From the NCBI GenBank assembly GCA_039025075.1, contig JBCCPD010000001.1:1-54474 (forward strand): DNA of 54,474 nt, given 5' to 3'. Positions 50,305 through 54,474 of this stretch are shown here, piece by piece (positions within the stretch are counted from its first letter, which is position 1; each line of letters opens with the position of its first letter). Below the pieces are notes generated by a model that was not told where the DNA came from, searched no databases, and saw only the letters and a program-made list of their open reading frames with translations. Position numbers and translations under genes: made by a program. Origin of the DNA: Pseudomonadota bacterium (GTDB lineage: Bacteria; Pseudomonadota; Alphaproteobacteria; Rhodobacterales; Rhodobacteraceae).

Positions 50305-51630
50305 GTGACCGTCGCGTCGCAGCCCGGGAGGGCGGGACGCGCTCGGCCCTTCGCCGCCCATGAATGGGGCATCGCCTGGGCCTGGATGCGGGCGCGGCGG
50401 CGCGAGGGCGGGGTCTCGGTCATCGTCTGGTACGCGCTGGTGGGGATCGCGCTGGCGGTCGGGACGTTGATCGCGGTGATGGCGGTGATGGTGGGGTTCC
50501 GCGAGGAATTCACCTCGCGGATCCTGGGGGCGGAGGGTCACGTGAAGATCTATCCGCTGGCGCGGTACGAGAACGGGCAGGAGATCCGGGAGATCGCGGA
50601 GTTCGACGCGCTCGCCGCGCGGCTGGCGGAGGTGCCGGGGGTGATCCGCACGGCGCCGCTGGTGGAGGCGCAGTTGCTCGCCTCCCGCGCGGAGCGGAAC
50701 GCGGGCGTGGTGCTGCGGGGGATGCGGCTGGAGGACCTGCGCCAGGTGCCTTGGGTGGCGCGGCCGGAAGCGAGCTTCGGGGATCTGGACGATGTGCCTC
50801 GGGGCATCGCCTTGGGCGACGGCGTGGCGCGGGAGCTCGGCGCGAGGGTCGGGGACCGGGTGTCGCTGATCCTGCCGGGAGGGCTGACGACGCCCTTCGG
50901 GACGGCGCCGAAAGTCGCCGGCTTCGAAGTGGTCTATGTCTTTCGCATCGGGCGGGCGGATGTGGACCGGACGCGGGCCTATCTGACCTTCGATGCGGCG
51001 CGGGAGTTCCTGAACCGGGGCGAGGCGGCGGATCAGGTGGAGGCTCAGGTGGCCTCCCCCGACGCGCTGGGGCGCGCCTCGGACCGGTCGGAGCTGGACC
51101 GCAGGATCGCTCAGGTCGCCGGCGGGGGGACGGTGATCTGGACTTGGAAGGACGCGAACGGGGCGTTTCTGGCGGCGCTCGACACGGAACGGGCGACGAT
51201 GTTCATGATCCTGTCGCTGGTGGTGATGATCGCGGCGCTGAACATCATCTCGGGCCTGGTGATGCTGGTGAAGAACAAGGGGCGGGACATCGGCATCCTG
51301 CGCACGGTGGGCTTCACGGAAGGGGCCGTTCTGCGCATCTTCTTTTTGTGCGGGGCGGGGATCGGGGCCGTGGGGACGCTGATCGGAACGATCCTCGGGG
51401 TCCTGTTCGTGGTGAACATCGATCCGATCTTCGAGGCGGTGAACTTCTTGGCCGGGGGCGGGATCTGGGACCCCGAGGTGCGTCTTCTGACGCGGTTTCC
51501 GGCCATCCTGCGTTGGCAGGACGTGGCGTCGGCGGCGGGGCTGGCCTTGGGGCTGAGCTTCGCGGTGACGTGGTTTCCGGCGCGGCGCGCGGCGAGGCTC
51601 GATCCGGTCGAGGCGCTGCGCCATGAGTGA
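50305..51630 (+). CDS. lolE: Lipoprotein-releasing ABC transporter permease LolC/E
   Basis: VMAVMVGFR, AALNIISGL.MLVK.K.RDIGILRT.G, PARRAARLDPVEALR. Confidence 0.93.
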   Translation: MTVASQPGRAGRARPFAAHEWGIAWAWMRARRREGGVSVIVWYALVGIALAVGTLIAVMAVMVGFREEFTSRILGAEGHVKIYPLARYENGQEIREIAEFDALAARLAEVPGVIRTAPLVEAQLLASRAERNAGVVLRGMRLEDLRQVPWVARPEASFGDLDDVPRGIALGDGVARELGARVGDRVSLILPGGLTTPFGTAPKVAGFEVVYVFRIGRADVDRTRAYLTFDAAREFLNRGEAADQVEAQVASPDALGRASDRSELDRRIAQVAGGGTVIWTWKDANGAFLAALDTERATMFMILSLVVMIAALNIISGLVMLVKNKGRDIGILRTVGFTEGAVLRIFFLCGAGIGAVGTLIGTILGVLFVVNIDPIFEAVNFLAGGGIWDPEVRLLTRFPAILRWQDVASAAGLALGLSFAVTWFPARRAARLDPVEALRHE

Positions 51631-51672
51631 GTTTTCTCGAGGCGCGGCGGGCGGCTTGAGGGGCCGGCGCGG

Positions 51673-52356
51673 GTGAGCGCGGCGGCGCTGGAGCTGAGGG
51701 ACGTCGAGCGGGTCTACAATCCCGGGCGGCCGTCGGAGGTGCGGGTGCTGCGGGGGGCCTCCTTGCGGCTGGAGGCGGGCGAGGTCGCGGCGCTGACGGC
51801 GCCGTCGGGGGCCGGGAAATCGACGCTGCTGCACGTGGCGGGGCTGCTCGATCGGCCCGATGGGGGGGAAGTGGCGCTGGCCGGAACCTCGGCCGCCGGG
51901 CTGTCGGATGCGCGGCGCACGGCGCTGCGGCGGCGGACGGTGGGGTTCGTCTACCAGTTCCACCACCTGCTGCAGGAGTTTTCGGCCGAGGACAACGTCG
52001 CGCTGCCGATGCTGGCGGAGGGCGTCGGGCGGGCCGAGGCGCTGGAGCGGGCGCGACGGCTGCTGGGCTCGGTCGGGCTTGAGGACCGGGCGACGCACCG
52101 CCCCTCGGAGCTGTCGGGCGGGCAGCAGCAGCGGGTGGCGCTTTGCCGAGGGCTGGCGAACCGGCCGGCGGTGCTGCTGGCGGACGAGCCGACCGGGAAC
52201 CTTGACCCGGCGGCCTCGGCGCGGATTTTCGACATGCTGATCGGGTTGGCGCGGGAGGAGGGGCTGGCGGCCCTGGTCGCCACCCATGATCTGGAGCTGG
52301 CGAGGCGCCTCGACCGCATTTTGAGGATCGAGGACGGCTGCGTCGTCGATGTTTGA
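51673..52356 (+). CDS. lolD: Lipoprotein-releasing ABC transporter ATPase
   Basis: APSGAGKST, GFVYQFHHLL.EF, LSGGQQQR, ADEPTGNLD. Confidence 0.93.
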   Translation: MSAAALELRDVERVYNPGRPSEVRVLRGASLRLEAGEVAALTAPSGAGKSTLLHVAGLLDRPDGGEVALAGTSAAGLSDARRTALRRRTVGFVYQFHHLLQEFSAEDNVALPMLAEGVGRAEALERARRLLGSVGLEDRATHRPSELSGGQQQRVALCRGLANRPAVLLADEPTGNLDPAASARIFDMLIGLAREEGLAALVATHDLELARRLDRILRIEDGCVVDV

Positions 52357-52505
52357 CGATGCCAGCCGAGGCCGCGGCCGGGGACGGCGCGGAGGCGGCG
52401 TCACGGACGGAGCGGCGCGGATAGGCGGGAGATGGCGGCTTCGCTGAGGCGCCACGACCCTCGCGAGCGTCGGCGGAGTCTCCTGGTCGACCGCGACGGA
52501 ACGGG

Positions 52506-53171
52506 TCAGCCGCCGTCGGCGGTGCTTTCGGCGACGGCTTTGGCCGCTTCGGCGTCCTGGCCGTTGGACGCGTCCTGCGCGCCTTCGTCGGAGCGGTCCT
52601 TGCGCGGCCCGCGCCGGCGGCGGGAGCGGGACTTGCCGCCGGCCTCGCCGTTGGGGTTCGGGCTGGGAGCCTCGGGCGTGGCGACGAGCGAGGGGCCGCC
52701 ATCGGACGTGTCGATGGTCTCGAGCCCGCCCCCGCCGGCCTCGCCGCCCCCCGGCTGAGAGGATTGCGGTTGCGGCTGGGCGGTTTGCGGCGGGCCGCCA
52801 TGGGGCTGGGCGTCGCCGCGAGGTCCAGCGCTCTGCTCATGCTGGCGCGGCTGGTCGTTGTGGCGGGGCTGATCGTTGTGGCGAGAGTGGTCGTGCTGGC
52901 GCTGCTGATGGGCGGCCATCTCGGCCTGCGCCTGGCTCAGCAGGCGGGCGTAGTGCTCGGCATGCTGGAGGAAGTTCTCGGCCATGACCCGGTCGCCCGA
53001 GGTCTGCGCGTCCCGCGCCAGCTGCTCATACTTGTCGATGATCTGCTGCGGGGTGCCGCGGACCTTGCCTTCGGGCCCCGCGCTTTCGAAGACGCGGTTC
53101 TGGACGTTGCCCAGGCTCTTGCTGCGGTTCTTGTTGCCGCGGTTGCGGTTGGATTTCTGCGACGATCTCAT
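52506..53171 (-). CDS. DUF4167 domain protein
   Basis: NRVFESAGPEGKVRGTPQQIIDKY..LARDA..GDRV.AENFLQHAEHY; disordered tail; downstream of prmC. Confidence 0.9.
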   Translation of the reverse strand: MRSSQKSNRNRGNKNRSKSLGNVQNRVFESAGPEGKVRGTPQQIIDKYEQLARDAQTSGDRVMAENFLQHAEHYARLLSQAQAEMAAHQQRQHDHSRHNDQPRHNDQPRQHEQSAGPRGDAQPHGGPPQTAQPQPQSSQPGGGEAGGGGLETIDTSDGGPSLVATPEAPSPNPNGEAGGKSRSRRRRGPRKDRSDEGAQDASNGQDAEAAKAVAESTADGG

Positions 53172-53431
53172 CTGTCTCCGCCTTGGTCGTCCCGACCTTG
53201 CCGTCGGGTCCCGCCGCGCCGCGCCTCGTTTCGGGTCCGCGGCCCTGGCGTCGCGGCCTTTCGGGACGGTCCCGCGGCCTCGCGCGCACATCGATCAAAC
53301 GATGCTGTTGGCTGCTTCGCATCGACCCTTGCGCGTGCGGGTAACGGCCCGCCCCCTACGGCGATCTTTGGAAGCGCGAGTAGCGTACACGCAACCGAAG
53401 GCGGGGCGCAACCCGCAGATGCGCCGCGTGC

Positions 53432-54259
53432 TCAGGCGTTTCGCGCGATTTCGAGGCATCGCGGTCGATCGTCGAGGTCGCGGTGCAGGAGAAGGGCGGC
53501 GAAGCCGGCGTCGTCGAAGATGCGCGCCACGGCGTCCGCCTGACCGGCGCCGAACTCGATCAGGGCTCCGCCGCCGTCGGCGAGGGCGGCGTCGAGGCCC
53601 TTGGCGATGGCGCGGTAGGCGGCAAGGCCGTCGCCGCCGGGGGCGAGAGCGCCCGTCGGCTCCCACAGCCGGACCTCCGGCGCGAGGGCGTCGAACTCGG
53701 CGTCGGGGATGTAGGGCGGGTTGGAGACGACGAGGTCGAAGCGGCCGCGAACCTGCTGGAACCAATCGCCTTCGAGCCAGGAGGCGCGGCCGGCGACGCC
53801 GAGGGCCTGGGCGTTGCGGCGCGCCACGTCGAGCGCGTCCGCGCTGCGGTCCACGCCGAGGCCGGTTGCGAAGGGCCGTTCCGCCAGCAATGTCAGGAGG
53901 ATGCAGCCGGATCCTACGCCCAGATCGAGGATGCGCGCCTCCGCATCCGTCCGGGCCAGAGGGCCTTCGAGGGCGGCGGCGATCAGCGTCTCGGTCTCCG
54001 GCCGCGGGTCGAGCACGTCGGGGGTGACGATGAAGTCGCGGCCCCAGAAGGCGCGGCGGCCGGTCACCTGGCTGAGCGGGCGGCGGGCGGCGCGGGCCGC
54101 GAGCCCGGCGGCGAAAGCCGCGGCGTCGAGCCCCGAGGCCCAGCGCAGCAGCAGCCGGGCGTCGCGGGCCGGGTCGTCCACCCCGGCGGCTCCCAGCGTG
54201 CGGGCGCCTTCGGCGATCAGCTCCTCTCGGGTCGTGGGCTGGGTCATGGGGCGGTTCAT
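53432..54259 (-). CDS. prmC: Release factor glutamine methyltransferase (N-terminal domain appears shortened)
   Basis: [26 protein letters not shown]; ATG overlaps the prfA stop. Confidence 0.93.
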   Translation of the reverse strand: MNRPMTQPTTREELIAEGARTLGAAGVDDPARDARLLLRWASGLDAAAFAAGLAARAARRPLSQVTGRRAFWGRDFIVTPDVLDPRPETETLIAAALEGPLARTDAEARILDLGVGSGCILLTLLAERPFATGLGVDRSADALDVARRNAQALGVAGRASWLEGDWFQQVRGRFDLVVSNPPYIPDAEFDALAPEVRLWEPTGALAPGGDGLAAYRAIAKGLDAALADGGGALIEFGAGQADAVARIFDDAGFAALLLHRDLDDRPRCLEIARNA

Positions 54260-54474
54260 CCGTCCATCTCCGCCAGCTGAGCCGCCTGCTCCGCCTCCGC
54301 CAGGGCGTCCACGATGTCGTCCAGGTCGCCCTCCATCACCTCGCCGAGCTTGTAGAGGGTGAGGTTGATGCGGTGGTCGGTGACCCTTCCTTGCGGGAAG
54401 TTGTAGGTGCGGATCCTTTCCGATCGGTCGCCGGAGCCGACCTGGCCCTTGCGGTCGGCGGCGCGGGCGGCGTC
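54256..54474 (-). CDS. prfA: Peptide chain release factor 1 (3' end only)
   Basis: Manual translation [38 protein letters not shown]. Confidence 0.96.
   Translation of the reverse strand, partial: DAARAADRKGQVGSGDRSERIRTYNFPQGRVTDHRINLTLYKLGEVMEGDLDDIVDALAEAEQAAQLAEMDG

Noticed and set aside
52357-52505. GGCGG recurring at about 10 bp between lolD and the DUF4167 gene
   Set aside because: Too few and too degenerate to separate from GC-rich background.

Overview
Very GC-rich chromosomal window of an alphaproteobacterium, most likely Rhodobacterales (inferred from gene order and protein style). It is mostly housekeeping: cinA-like, sfsA, map, radC; speD-speE; metG; gamma-glutamyl polyamine catabolism genes; nrdR-ribD-ribE-ribB-ribH-nusB; glyA; NAD kinase, AI-2E, hdaA, ppk1, ppx; yegD-like Hsp70; proS-lolE-lolD; prfA-prmC. 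I saw no rRNA, tRNA, CRISPR array, transposase or integrase. The unexplained signal is non-coding. (1) Two copies of a 148-bp element (4823-4970 +, 34773-34920 -) each hold 12 helically phased GCCCGAC+N4 units with the same architecture (one 12-bp unit at position 6, spacer GCCG at unit 7, homologous tail) but scrambled spacers. (2) Further 14-bp and 5-bp periodic arrays and an IHF-consensus site lie between nrdR and ribD. (3) A palindrome/IHF-like element lies at 23163-23237. (4) Two orphan minus-strand terminators define candidate sRNAs (48511-48581 with a promoter; 18792-18980). (5) The speD leader has switch-like alternative stems. Several accessory genes are decayed: a yjhX/TopAI-GNAT pair, pdxY (in-frame TAG) and an acyl-CoA synthetase; prmC may carry an internal deletion. 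All family calls come from motif recognition by eye, not database searches.
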